Below the pieces are notes generated by a model, which was not told the origin of the DNA, searched no databases, and worked only from the letters and a program-made list of their open reading frames with translations. A program made the translations under genes and the position numbers. Shown in pieces: positions 25,296-38,000 of a DNA stretch of 64,000 nt (positions are counted from its first letter, which is position 1; each line of letters starts with the position of its first letter). The stretch comes from Eledone cirrhosa (lineage: Eukaryota). The DNA is taken from NCBI GenBank assembly GCA_964016885.1, contig OZ024743.1, positions 168,082,001 to 168,146,000 of the forward strand, given 5' to 3'.

Positions 25296-26500
25296 GTTTG
25301 TGCAGTAATGGCTCGAGAGCCAACACGTACAACAGGGACGAGAGGGGACATCCATGGCGGACCGAGCGCATGATGTTGAACGCTCCCGAAAGGTGACCGT
25401 TCACTCTCACCACAGGACCACTACCAGATAATGATGGTCGACCCTATCGAAAGCTTTCGACTGATCTAAATTGATGAAAGAGTTTGTCGTGGGTGGATAT
25501 GTCTAGAATGGCACATGTCTGTACCTCTCCCACCAGACCACCGACAACAAACGCCAACCTCTTTGTTAGCACCCTGGGTAAGATCTTGAACTCTGAGTAT
25601 TGTCTATGTTCGGGTAATTTTGAGCAGCACCACCACTCCTCGGCTTGTAGAGCTGCGATTTCTCCCGTTCTGCTGCCAGTTGCAATAGACCTCCGTCAAG
25701 AGGTCGCCGAATAAGTCCGGTACGTGTACGTAGAACTCGTTGGGCACACCATCCAAACCCATCGATTTACCCATCGTGCAGTCCTCATCGCTTCCCGTAC
25801 TTCAGTGGCTGTTATCGGCTTTTCGCAAGCCTCCGCTTCAATGGCCAAGAGCCGCGGCAGTCCGTCGAGGTAGGCACTAAAGTTTATCCCGCGATCCGGC
25901 CCGCCATTGCCCCCCCGAACAGCTGATCGAACTGTCGCTGAAAAGCCTCACATATTTGCCCTGGATCGAGTAACATGCGCCCGTTGGTGCTCCAAAGACC
26001 GCATCGTGGCTTTGCTGCCACGACGCGCCTCCGCCATTCGGACTCATCGAACGGCTTTCGTCCCTTCGTGTCTGAGAGCACGCGCCTTAGCTCTGACAAC
26101 GCAGACTTCATGCTTTGCGTTAAAGAATTGGTCGAGGGCCAATCTCGCCACAAGCACGTCGGTTGCGATTCCTTTACTAAGCGCCTCGTCTAATTTTCTA
26201 ACTCGTTCTTCCTCTGCTTTAATTTTCTCTATTGCTAACGCCTTTCTAAACCTAATGGATTCCATTCTAATCACCCTTTTCAGGGCGAACCATCATTTGT
26301 TGTTGCCGACTGCCCCTGTTAACGCCCGCTTAACTAGTTTGCTAATCCGGTCTCTGTAGGCTTTGCGTGCTGTCAACGACGCGTTTAGCTTCCAGCAGCC
26401 GGGTCCCTGTCGATGCAGCTTATATAGTCGACCACATAGATTACGAATGTGTGGTCCGTGCAATCGACTATCTTAAATTATAGACAGCCTATGCTAGACC
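25296..26500 (-). mobile_element. Tx1 ORF2 internal fragment, degenerate
   Basis: ORF 26044..26274 (ESIRFRKALAIEK..LALDQFFNAKHE) is homologous to ORF2 at about 19500-19700. Confidence 0.85.
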
Positions 26501-26751
26501 TATATATTTCCCTAATGAAAAGCTTTTTTATGTTGATACCGATTCTAACCACCTAGATCTGTCTTAAACTCAATTAATAAAGGTGTATCGAATAGACTTA
26601 GTAATTTATCTTATAATGAATATATATTTAATCAAAATGCTCATTATTATAATGACGCTTTATCACGTTCTGGCTATAAAAATAATATTAAGTTAATGCC
26701 TAAAATCTATTTTGCTGACTGTAACAAACAAGCTAATATTATTTCGTATAA

Positions 26752-26935
26752 TGTGGTGGATTGGCAGTATCGGTAGAGGGTCGGACGCCTAGCTTTCCAG
26801 CATAATTACGTCCCTTTACGATCTGAGTTCAAATCCCGCCGAGGTTGACTTTGCCTTTCATCCTTACGGGATCGATAAAATAAAGTACCAGTAATGCACT
26901 GGGTAATAGCTGGCCTTGTGCCTAAAGTAGAAACA
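26752..26935 (+). mobile_element. tRNA-derived SINE with 14-bp target site duplication
   Basis: A box TGGCAGTATCGG, B box GTTCAAATCC. TSD ATTATTTCGTATAA at 26738-26751 and 26936-26949. Confidence 0.88.
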
Positions 26936-27543
26936 ATTATTTCGTATAAAGTGGCTATGAAAAACCTATAAGTATTCAGACTAATAAAGGTAGTAATGTT
27001 ATTGTTTGTAATAGTGGAATAAATGATGATATACACCCCTTTACAGTTCCCCAACAATAAAAAATAAACATTTTAAAGATAAGAAAACACATTATGAATA
27101 AAAAGCATAGTATATTCACTAAATCTGTAATACTAAATATAAAACTGAAAGTAATAATCATAAGGATACACATATTAGTAACAAAAATAAAAAGAATAGA
27201 AGAATATAAGAATATAAGAATAGAAGAATAGAAGAATATAATCTACCCTTCAATTTAAATGTTTCTACTAATATACCTAGAGTATTCTTCTCTATTATTG
27301 AAAAGAATGTCCCACTTTATCAAAAATAATCATAATTTAATTTAAAAAAATACCATTAAAATCTTTTACTCTACCACACCTAACATTGCTGATCATATAG
27401 CGAGTAGTAATAACAAGAACATTAGTAAATATTTTCTTCTTATAACTTAGATAACAATTCACAACCAGTTGATATGCTTAACAATATTGTACCTAATAAT
27501 TTTAGTAACCACTCTCGTAATTTCTAAAGCTTATAGGAATAAT

Positions 27544-27709
27544 TGTTTCTACTTTAGGCCAGCAATTATCCAGTGCATTACTGGTACTTTATTTTATCGA
27601 CCCCGTAATGATGAAAGGCAAAGTCAACCTCGGCGGGATTTGAACTCAGATCATAAAGGGACGTAACTATGCTGGAAAGCATGGCGTCCAACCCTCTACC
27701 AATACTGCC
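27544..27709 (-). mobile_element. Same SINE family, inverted copy with 11-bp target site duplication
   Basis: Reverse complement of 26760-26935. TSD ATAGGAATAAT at 27533-27543 and 27710-27720. Confidence 0.88.
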
Positions 27710-29507
27710 ATAGGAATAATAATAGCAAACTAGCAGTCTTAAATCTAACTCTAATAATTCTTCACATCTTTATCCTCAAAACGCTTAATTAACATTTATA
27801 ATTGTAATTGTAGGCCCACTAATGTATGTCCTCTTAATGGAAACTGTCTTGTTAAGAATATTATTTATTTCTGCACTGTCACAACTTCAACCAACTCCAA
27901 AACCTATATCGGTTCTACAGCGAATAGTTTCAAGACTAGGTATGATTCCGATCTTCATACTTTTATGAACTCTAAGCTTAAGCATGCAACGTCTTTATCT
28001 AATTTCATATCCTTTCTAACTTGGAATGTGATTGCAAAAACTTTTTCTTATAAACACCCCAATACATTTTGTAACCTTTGCCTTCTTGAATCCCATACTA
28101 TTATTTATTCTAAATTAAATTTATTAAATAGCAAATCTGAGATTTTTTCCACTTGTCCTCATATTAAATACCGTTCTTTTTACTATTTTAAACCTAGTAA
28201 CTAACTTATACCAATGTAGATTTATCTGTATATATATATATTTAGGAATATTAGAATCATTACATTCTTATAACATCCCTATTCTGATCCCTTGAATTTT
28301 GATTACAATTTATTATAACCACCCCATCGCATTTAGGCATCTTATTATTTTATCATATTATTATATTATTTTATTATATTATTTTTAATAAGCCCCACTT
28401 TTATCTGAATTAATTTTTACTAATATTATACTATATATTAACCATTGCCTCAGTCTCAATTTTTCCCAGTAGTGTCAATACTTATATAATTTATTAAATA
28501 TTTAATTAATTAGTATATATATTTTTATCTTTAGATAATTTTTTTAATATGAACATTTATATATAGAGAAAGTGTGTGCAAGCAAGCAATCAAGATCAGA
28601 GTTTTAGTAGTATATAGATAGATTGATGAATTATTTTATTTGTATTTTGTAATATATTATTTTTAAAATAATTGTTAATAATTTTTAGAATAATTCTTTA
28701 GTTCTATAATCTATTAGCCCTAATAATTTCTTTATGTAATTACACCTTCACTTAGTAAATATTTATTTATTTTTCCATTTAATAATCTGTATCCTATAAA
28801 AAAAATATGTATGAATTACCTCCCTTTTATTCTTAATTTTGTTTCAACCGTCAACTGACGATAATTTTTCAAACGTCTTGTTAAGATGGAGTTATTTATG
28901 CATAGTATATAAGACTTTCTCCTTCCTATTCAAATATGTGGTGCTTTTTTCCGATGATAACACTTATTCTATATTGGATTCTACTTTTCTGATTATATTT
29001 ACTCAACATTAATTGCTTTGAATGGTTTGATTAATAATAATAATAACAACACTTTAACCTATATTTGATGTTTATTTTGCTGACTACACTACCTTTGAAA
29101 CAACAGTTTATCTTTATCACTGAATGACGCAGTCGGACTTTTTATTGAAATATATTTTGGAGACGTATTTTTATATTCTTAAATTTATATTTGAACTGCA
29201 CGCCTGCTCTTATTAACTTTATAAAATTTTGTAACGCTTATGATATATGTTTATTTACTAATTATAATATGTCTTGCACTATACTTAATCTTTCTATAGC
29301 AGCATGTTTTAAACATTTTTAATGCTTTTAGCTGCTCCTAATTTCATTTTATTGCATTTATACGCTCATATTTTTCATATTGCTTTTTCTACCTTTGCTT
29401 TCTCTTATATAAATGTTGATACTTATGCTTACTTCCCATATTATGTATCCTTAAAATATTCTCATGACAAACATCTGATATTATATTTGTGTTTTAATCT
29501 TTATTAT

Positions 29508-29556
29508 TTACTTCGATGAATCCGGTCTTATGCTAGGATGAAACGATTGTAAGTGA
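29508..29556 (+). ncRNA. Hammerhead-like motif (variant core TCGATGA) at the 3' end of the Naiad-type element
   Basis: TTACT-TCGATGA-ATCC..GGAT-GAAA-C GATT G-TA-AGTGA. All three helices pair. Confidence 0.6.
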
Positions 29557-29676
29557 TTAGTGTTCTAAACACTCTTTGATTGTTGTTTATAAAGAATTTA
29601 GGCCCTTTAATATACTTGTTGTTTTACATTGAGCTATTCTCATACTTGTAATTGGATAATATTTAATATTACCCAC

Positions 29677-29732
<56 letters not shown>

Positions 29733-29737
<5 letters not shown>

Positions 29738-30249
29738 TGGAATAAATGCTCTGAAATAGCGATATATATGTGAATATAGACATAGAATATTCGAAAATAT
29801 TCTGTATGTTTATAATAAACATTTTGAAGACCTAATCGCTATAGAATAGAATACGTCACGTATTACAATTAGATTCTCGATAAAAGCAAGGGAAGTAATC
29901 TACGCGTTTCATTCTAGTTAGAAATCATCAGGACTACATATCCAGTGCTTTTATCGAGAATGACACAGCTAGAGACTTATAGAATACTTAGCTGTGTACA
30001 GGAACTGGTTTGAAAGAGCGGTTGCCGGTCCGGCAGAAATTAGAAATTGGAATAAATGCTCTGAAATAGCGATATATATGTGAATATAGACATAGAATAT
30101 TCGAAAATATTCTGTATGTTTATAATAAACATTTTGAAGACCTAATCGCTATAGAATAGAATACGTCACGTATTACAATTAGATTCTCGATAAAAGCAAG
30201 GGAAGTAATCTACGCGTTTCATTCTAGTTAGAAATCATCAGGACTACAT
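29733..30249 (-). repeat. Inverted head (about 1.7 units) of the 310-bp hammerhead repeat
   Basis: Reverse complement of the downstream unit. Hammerheads at 29895-29937 and 30205-30247. Confidence 0.95.
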
Positions 30250-33200
30250 TCCTGTACACAGCTAAGTATTCTATAAGTCTCTAGCTGTGTCATTCTCGAT
30301 AAAAGCACTGGATATGTAGTCCTGATGATTTCTAACTAGAATGAAACGCGTAGATTACTTCCCTTGCTTTTATCGAGAATCTAATTGTAATACGTGACGT
30401 ATTCTATTCTATAGCGATTAGGTCTTCAAAATGTTTATTATAAACATACAGAATATTTTCGAATATTCTATGTCTATATTCACATATATATCGCTATTTC
30501 AGAGCATTTATTCCAATTCCTAATTTCTGCCGGACCGGCAACCGCTCTTTCAAACCAGTTCCTGTACACAGCTAAGTATTCTATAAGTCTCTAGCTGTGT
30601 CATTCTCGATAAAAGCACTGGATATGTAGTCCTGATGATTTCTAACTAGAATGAAACGCGTAGATTACTTCCCTTGCTTTTATCGAGAATCTAATTGTAA
30701 TACGTGACGTATTCTATTCTATAGCGATTAGGTCTTCAAAATGTTTATTATAAACATACAGAATATTTTCGAATATTCTATGTCTATATTCACATATATA
30801 TCGCTATTTCAGAGCATTTATTCCAATTTCTAATTTCTGCCGGACCGGCAACCGCTCTTTCAAACCAATTCCTGTACACAGCTAAGTATTCTATAAGTCT
30901 CTAGCTGTGTCATTCTCGATAAAAGCACTGGATATGTAGTCCTGATGATTTCTAACTAGAATGAAACGCGTAGATTACTTCCCTTGCTTTTATCGAGAAT
31001 CTAATTGTAATACGTGACGTATTCTATTCTATAGCGATTAGGTCTTCAAAATGTTTATTATAAACATACAGAATATTTTCGAATATTCTATGTCTATATT
31101 CACATATATATCGCTATTTCAGAGCATTTATTCCAATTTCTAATTTCTGCCGGACCGGCAACCGCTCTTTCAAACCAGTTCCTGTACACAGCTAAGTATT
31201 CTATAAGTCTCTAGCTGTGTCATTCTCGATAAAAGCACTGGATATGTAGTCCTGATGATTTCTAACTAGAATGAAACGCGTAGATTACTTCCCTTGCTTT
31301 TATCGAGAATCTAATTGTAATACGTGACGTATTCTATTCTATAGCGATTAGGTCTTCAAAATGTTTATTATAAACATACAGAATATTTTCGAATATTCTA
31401 TGTCTATATTCACATATATATCGCTATTTCAGAGCATTTATTCCAATTTCTAATTTCTGCCGGACCGGCAACCGCTCTTTCAAACCAGTTCCTGTACACA
31501 GCTAAGTATTCTATAAGTCTCTAGCTGTGTCATTCTCGATAAAAGCACTGGATATGTAGTCCTGATGATTTCTAACTAGAATGAAACGCGTAGATTACTT
31601 CCCTTGCTTTTATCGAGAATCTAATTGTAATACGTGACGTATTCTATTCTATAGCGATTAGGTCTTCAAAATGTTTATTATAAACATACAGAATATTTTC
31701 GAATATTCTATGTCTATATTCACATATATATCGCTATTTCAGAGCATTTATTCCAATTTCTAATTTCTGCCGGACCGGCAACCGCTCTTTCAAACCAGTT
31801 CCTGTACACAGCTAAGTATTCTATAAGTCTCTAGCTGTGTCATTCTCGATAAAAGCACTGGATATGTAGTCCTGATGATTTCTAACTAGAATGAAACGCG
31901 TAGATTACTTCCCTTGCTTTTATCGAGAATCTAATTGTAGTACGTGACGTATTCTATTCTATAGCGATTAGGTCTTCAAAATGTTTATTATAAACATACA
32001 GAATATTTTCGAATATTCTATGTCTATATTCACATATATATCGCTATTTCAGAGCATTTATTCCAATTTCTAATTTCTGCCGGACCGGCAACCGCTCTTT
32101 CAAACCAGTTCCTGTACACAGCTAAGTATTCTATAAGTCTCTAGCTGTGTCATTCTCGATAAAAGCACTGGATATGTAGTCCTGATGATTTCTAACTAGA
32201 ATGAAACGCGTAGATTACTTCCCTTGCTTTTATCGAGAATCTAATTGTAATACGTGACGTATTCTATTCTATAGCGATTAGGTCTTCAAAATGTTTATTA
32301 TAAACATACAGAATATTTTCGAATATTCTATGTCTATATTCACATATATATCGCTATTTCAGAGCATTTATTCCAATTTCTAATTTCTGCCGGACCGGCA
32401 ACCGCTCTTTCAAACCAGTTCCTGTACACAGCTAAGTATTCTATAAGTCTCTAGCTGTGTCATTCTCGATAAAAGCACTGGATATGTAGTCCTGATGATT
32501 TCTAACTAGAATGAAACGCGTAGATTACTTCCCTTGCTTTTATCGAGAATCTAATTGTAATACGTGACGTATTCTATTCTATAGCGATTAGGTCTTCAAA
32601 ATGTTTATTATAAACATACAGAATATTTTCGAATATTCTATGTCTATATTCACATATATATCGCTATTTCAGAGCATTTATTCCAATTTCTAATTTCTGC
32701 CGGACCGGCAACCGCTCTTTCAAACCAGTTCCTGTACACAGCTAAGTATTCTATAAGTCTCTAGCTGTGTCATTCTCGATAAAAGCACTGGATATGTAGT
32801 CCTGATGATTTCTAACTAGAATGAAACGCGTAGATTACTTCCCTTGCTTTTATCGAGAATCTAATTGTAATACGTGACGTATTCTATTCTATAGCGATTA
32901 GGTCTTCAAAATGTTTATTATAAACATACAGAATATTTTCGAATATTCTATGTCTATATTCACATATATATCGCTATTTCAGAGCATTTATTCCAATTTC
33001 TAATTTCTGCCGGACCGGCAACCGCTCTTTCAAACCAGTTCCTGTACACAGCTAAGTATTCTATAAGTCTCTAGCTGTGTCATTCTCGATAAAAGCACTG
33101 GATATGTAGTCCTGATGATTTCTAACTAGAATGAAACGCGTAGATTACTTCCCTTGCTTTTATCGAGAATCTAATTGTAATACGTGACGTATTCTATTCT

Positions 33201-33268
33201 ATAGCGATTAGGTCTTCAAAATGTTTATTATAAACATACAGAATATTTTCGAATATTCTATGTCTATA

Positions 33269-33272
<4 letters not shown>
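30249..33272 (+). repeat. 310-bp tandem array, about 9.75 nearly identical units, one hammerhead ribozyme per unit (retrozyme/PLE pLTR-like)
   Basis: CCTGTACACA recurs at 30251, 30561, 30871 ... 33041. Only three substitutions noticed (about 30519, 30868, 31940). (TA)n on both outer flanks. Confidence 0.97.
30293..30379 (+). ncRNA. Type I hammerhead ribozyme (first of 10 plus-strand copies, period 310)
   Basis: GTAGTC-CTGATGA-T TTCT AACT AGAA T-GAAA-CGCG-TA-GATTAC. 15-bp distal helix TTCTCGATAAAAGCA/TGCTTTTATCGAGAA. Predicted cleavage after A30352. Confidence 0.88.
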
Positions 33273-33311
<39 letters not shown>

Positions 33312-33353
33312 TTTATATATACAAACGTTTATATATATATATATATATATATA

Positions 33354-33663
33354 CAGTTGCCCCCAGTAGAACACCCACGAAGAGTGAAAAATCGCAAATA
33401 TTGGACGTCATCTATAAAAATGCCTATAAACGTCAAAATATAACATAACATATAATTAAATAGAGAGGGACCGTCCTATCCGTAGAGGCATTCAATAGGC
33501 TAGTAAATACGGTATATTGGTATTAATAATTTAGCGCTAACAAATAAATATTGCCACGAAAAAAGCGGTGATTTCCACGAACAATTATTAGTTCGGTTCT
33601 AAGGAAAATGCTACGAATAACCGGGTGCGCGAATGCTGGGACCGTGAATACCGTATTACACTG
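33354..33663. mobile_element. Possible Tc1/pogo-type MITE
   Basis: TA-CAGT ... ACTG-TA termini inside TA tracts. The TIR is otherwise poorly conserved. Confidence 0.3.
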
Positions 33664-33694
33664 TATATATATATGTGTATATATATATATATTC

Positions 33695-34254
33695 ATTTAG
33701 GTTTGCAGGTTCACCACTGGATAGAACTGGTCATTCCGTATAGTCAACCTTGATGCAATATGAGGGAGAGCACTCGATGTTATGCAACTCACTCGTTTTC
33801 GTTTGTCTCGTTGGTGGTGCGAGTACGGAGTTCATTATTATAAGATAACAGGAAGCTGGACTGGTGTAATTCCTTAAAGGTTTATTATACTATGAACATT
33901 TCAAAGACCGGGTTCAGTATGAATCGGGTGACATCATCAGGTATTCCGAAATTTAATAAAGGAATATAATGGACGCAATCCAAGGGGCTGAAAAGCAGAG
34001 AGAAGCCCAAGATGAGAAGGCGGCCCAAAAATTAGCAGTTGCCAGTCCGGGTGGCCGCCTTGAAGAGAGTTTTGGGCATCTCGTCTTGGGCATGTCTATG
34101 CTTTTCAGCCCCTTGAATTGTGTCTATTATATTCCTTTGTTAAATTTTGGAATACCTGATGATGTCACCGGATTCATACTGAACCCGGTCATTGAAATGT
34201 TCATAGTATAATAAACCTTTAAGGAATTACACCAGTCGAGCCTCCTGTTATTTC

Positions 34255-34260
<6 letters not shown>
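33695..34260 (-). mobile_element. Non-coding fold-back PLE-like mini-element with a hammerhead in each arm
   Basis: Arms about 33838-34030 and 34071-34260. ATAC-CTGATGA-stem-GAAA-TGTTCA-TA-GTAT at 34152-34209. The tail is homologous to 44769-44977. Confidence 0.8.
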
Positions 34261-34323
<63 letters not shown>

Positions 34324-34430
34324 ATAATAATAAATTTGAAGACTAAAATCCAAAGAGGCCTCGATAAGGATAAATATATATCAGGTATATAAGAACGGTA
34401 GAGCAAATATTTATTAAAATAACAGATTAA

Positions 34431-34481
34431 AGTTTAAGCAAAGAATCGCTGCTTTCACCATTAACGGGATCTTCTGAAACT
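34431..34481 (-). ncRNA. Hammerhead-like motif (CAGAAGA core), same family as 53772-53822
   Basis: The reverse complement matches 53754-53842. Confidence 0.6.
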
Positions 34482-34493
34482 AAACAATTCAAT

Positions 34494-34820
34494 CTGTGAC
34501 AAAGGAACGATGAAAAATGAAATTTCCTTTCATTCTTTTCAATTTATCGTTTTCGGTACGCCCGGCCGACTAACTCAGTCGATATGCAAATTAGGCTGCT
34601 CAACCGTTAATATGCATCAGGAAAGTATATACTTTCAAACGTTCAATCATCTGACAGGAAAATATACGATGTGACGATAGCTAATAAGCTTGAAACTAGT
34701 TCATCGTTCCTTTGTCAGTGTTGAACAAAAGGGCAACGATGTTTGCCGAATACTGTACGGCTTAATTCGGGCTGTTTGTTTACACAAAAACCGAACAATA
34801 TAATAAATGTTCGGTAAACC
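34494..34820 (+). mobile_element. PLE-like mini-element with a damaged hammerhead (C3 missing), same family as 62161-62500
   Basis: ACGATG-TGACGA-TAGCTAATAAGCTT-GAAA-CTAG-TT-CATCGT at 34666-34707. Short inverted head at about 34496-34512. Confidence 0.7.
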
Positions 34821-35047
34821 CATACGTACATATATATATGTGTGCATGTATATATACATACTACTGTACGTCTGTATACATATATGTATGTACGTATACA
34901 TACTTATATTTAAGTATCAGCCGTACTAAGAGTGAGAAATGAAATGAAATTTCATTCTTTTCCATTTATTCAGAAATTCAGAAATTCATAATTCAGAAAC
35001 GAAATATCGTAAGCCTTAGCCAGGCTAACAAGTTACTGAAAACCACC

Positions 35048-38000
35048 ATGTTCTGTTGTCTACGAAAAACCATAACATCTCGACAACTACACTTCATAAA
35101 AGAATGTGCCTCGTCCCGAGTTTACACCAACACCATCAACACCGACGTAAGAAGATTACAACTCACCAAAAAACAAGCAGATAGGCTAAAACGAACACTA
35201 ATTCTAAACATAAAAAAGAAGATCTATGGAGAATTAAGTCATCAAGAAAAACATAAGCGTAACCTAATACAAGAAATAGCTAGGATCACGACACCAAGAG
35301 AGAAACTAATATTTATAAGCCTTATACGTCCTGAAGAACAGTACATTGCTCAAGAATGTGATAAGCACTTTAACAAGAAACTAAAGTGGCTTAAGCAGAT
35401 AAAACTAAATCAGAATACTGTAGAGAATACCAATAGATATCCCGACAAAATTGACGGTTTAAATATGGCCGACACCTCATTAACAGATGAGTTCAACAAC
35501 AAGAAAAACACAAATATATACGGCAACACGGCAATAGATGACGATGAGTTATCTGTATTACTTCTACCGCCGAAATTTGCGACATTCAAGAAGGTAAATA
35601 TGATTAGTTGTCTGTCAGAAATAGAAAAATCATTTACAAAATTACGTTGGAGCCTCAAAAACAAAAACAAAAACAAAAGTAACAATATACGCACACACAT
35701 ACACAACACACATCCCAACAACAACAGACACACAGACACAAACAACAATAACAACAACACACACACCAACAATAATAACATACCCAGAAACAACAACAAC
35801 AGACACGCAGACACAAACAACAATAACAACACACACAACAATAATAACACACACGGAGACAACAACAACAACACACATCAACAACAGCACACATCAACAA
35901 CAACAACACACACACATTCAATGCCTCTCACCACCACCACAATCTTAACAAACACACAGACACAGAAAACAAGTAATGACAGTAGCACAGAAATCACAGA
36001 AATAAGGGAAAGTAATAGGATTAAAAGGAGAAGGGAGACTATGGACAAAGAAAATAACCAAGACGAACACACAGACACACAAAATAGAGTAGATAATAAC
36101 AATGAGCCAGTGGAAAGAGACAGGAGTAATTATGAGAGACATAGAAACAACCATGAGGCTGTTGGTGGAAATAGAAATAGAAATAGAAACAACACAACTA
36201 ATAATAACAATAGCACTAGTACACATAAAGCAGCAGCCTGGAACTCTACTTTTTATAATCCCTCCGATAAGTCGTTCGACCTGCGACGAGTCCACGCCAC
36301 GACTTTACCATTTAACAAACGCACGCAATTGCCGTCGCAGGTCGATGAACAAACAGAAGCACAATTTAGTATAGCTAAATCCGAACTTAGAAATATTATA
36401 GAACAGTATAGCAAGAAGCATAATAGAATGGAGGCCCAGCAACTGGGAGAAAAATCTGCAAATGGCTTGCGTAAGCTCGTGCAGCGCTCACGTAATGGAG
36501 AGATAGCATGCTTTCCAACATACAAGTCTGGCAGAAAGTCGGTTGACAGCCTGCCAGATTACATCCAGGCAATGCAACCCCACATCACTAACACAAGAGA
36601 GGTAACAACACAGGAGCATGAGGATAGAGAAAAAGCCCTCAATGCTCATATGGTGATGTGGACGAATATAATACAGCCCAACAAAAGGACTGCCAACAAC
36701 TTCCAGGCCTGGAACAATGACGTGCCGGCGTTGTATGGGCTTCGAAAAGACCATAAAACGGGAAGTGACCCTGTCACGGGACCACCAACACGGCCAATCT
36801 GTGGGGCTAACATTGCTAGTAACTACAGACTGTCCTACTTCCTCTCCCTGATCATACGTCCCATCATTGAAATGTCCCCAGATGTATGTGACAGCACGGA
36901 GGACCTCCTCAGCAGAATCGGCGAGAGTAACCGATCTAGGGACCTAACAAACTGCATAATAGGTAGTATGGATGTTGTGTCCCTGTATCCATCTATTGAC
37001 GTGGATTTTGCTGTGGAGAAATGCGTAGAAATGATCAGTGAGAGCAATGTTGAGTTCCGTGGGATTGATACCAGTGAGCTGGGACTCCTGCTTAAACTTA
37101 CCTATAGTAATAATTACCTAGACACATATGACCTTAGCAACCTGTGCCCTACAAGACCAGCAGGAGGCAGATCACCTACCATTACCTCAATGGCCAAGAA
37201 AACCCACACAGATAGATGGAACGGGTGGACCAGAGCCAAACGGACACCCGAAAACCACGATGAACTGAAGAAAATGATTGCACATGCGGTAGGGGCCAGC
37301 ATAAAACTAACCCTTAAGGAACATATGTTCAAATTTAATGGAAAAACATATGCCCAAGAGGAAGGAGCAGCCATTGGTGTTAGCATTGCAGGCGACATAG
37401 CTAACTTATTCATGGTATGGTGGGACAGTAGACTTAAATTTAAAGAACAATTAGAAGACTCCTTAACCCTGATAATGTACTCCCGCTGCGTTGACGATAT
37501 AAATATCGTAGTTAAGACACCCCACTAGAGAACAGTCAGGAACTAGAGAAAAACACAATGGAAGGCATCCAGCAAATAGCTACCTCCATCCACCAGAGTA
37601 TTAGAGTTACTATAGACTACCCAAGTAAACACCCCAACCATCGATTACCTGTACTAGACACAGAGCTCTGGTTAGATACCATTAATAACAAAAAAACAAA
37701 TCCTCCATTCCCATTATGCCAAACCCATGACTTCCAAACATCTGATCTACCGAAACTCGGCTGTTTCGGACAATACCAAAATCAACATACTGATTGCGGA
37801 TTTGGTACGGGTGATGAGAAACGTGTCTCGCATGTGCAAACCCGAAGAACTAGAGAGACACATACAACACTTCATCCACCGTATGCAGTTCTCTGGTTAC
37901 AATCAGAGAGATAGAATCAGCGTGTATAGAGGAGCCAGAACCAAATGGGAAAAAATGGTAAATAATGACACAAATGGGACCTGCCCTTGTATAGGAGCAA

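Larger units (their letters stand above)
26520..29678 (+). mobile_element. Degenerate Penelope-like element of Naiad type (RT thumb/linker, GIY-YIG, AT-rich 3' UTR with hammerhead)
   Basis: Manual translation: SNH..RLSNLS..YYNDALSRSGY (about 26540-26680), NLPFNLNVSTNI..NTIKIFYST.PN (about 27240-27385), CNC..CPLNGNCL..IIY..KTYIGST..FKTRY..TSLS..CNLCLLE..LLN....CPH (27800-28204). Ends at (TA)n. Confidence 0.8.

Noticed and set aside
30249-33272. CRISPR array or centromeric satellite interpretation of the 310-bp repeats
   Set aside because: Units are identical throughout with no unique spacers and no cas genes. The hammerhead, inverted head and (TA)n flanks favour a retroelement product.
33969-34211. 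80-aa ATG-initiated ORF
   Set aside because: Spans the loop and arm of a non-coding fold-back element; no recognisable domain.
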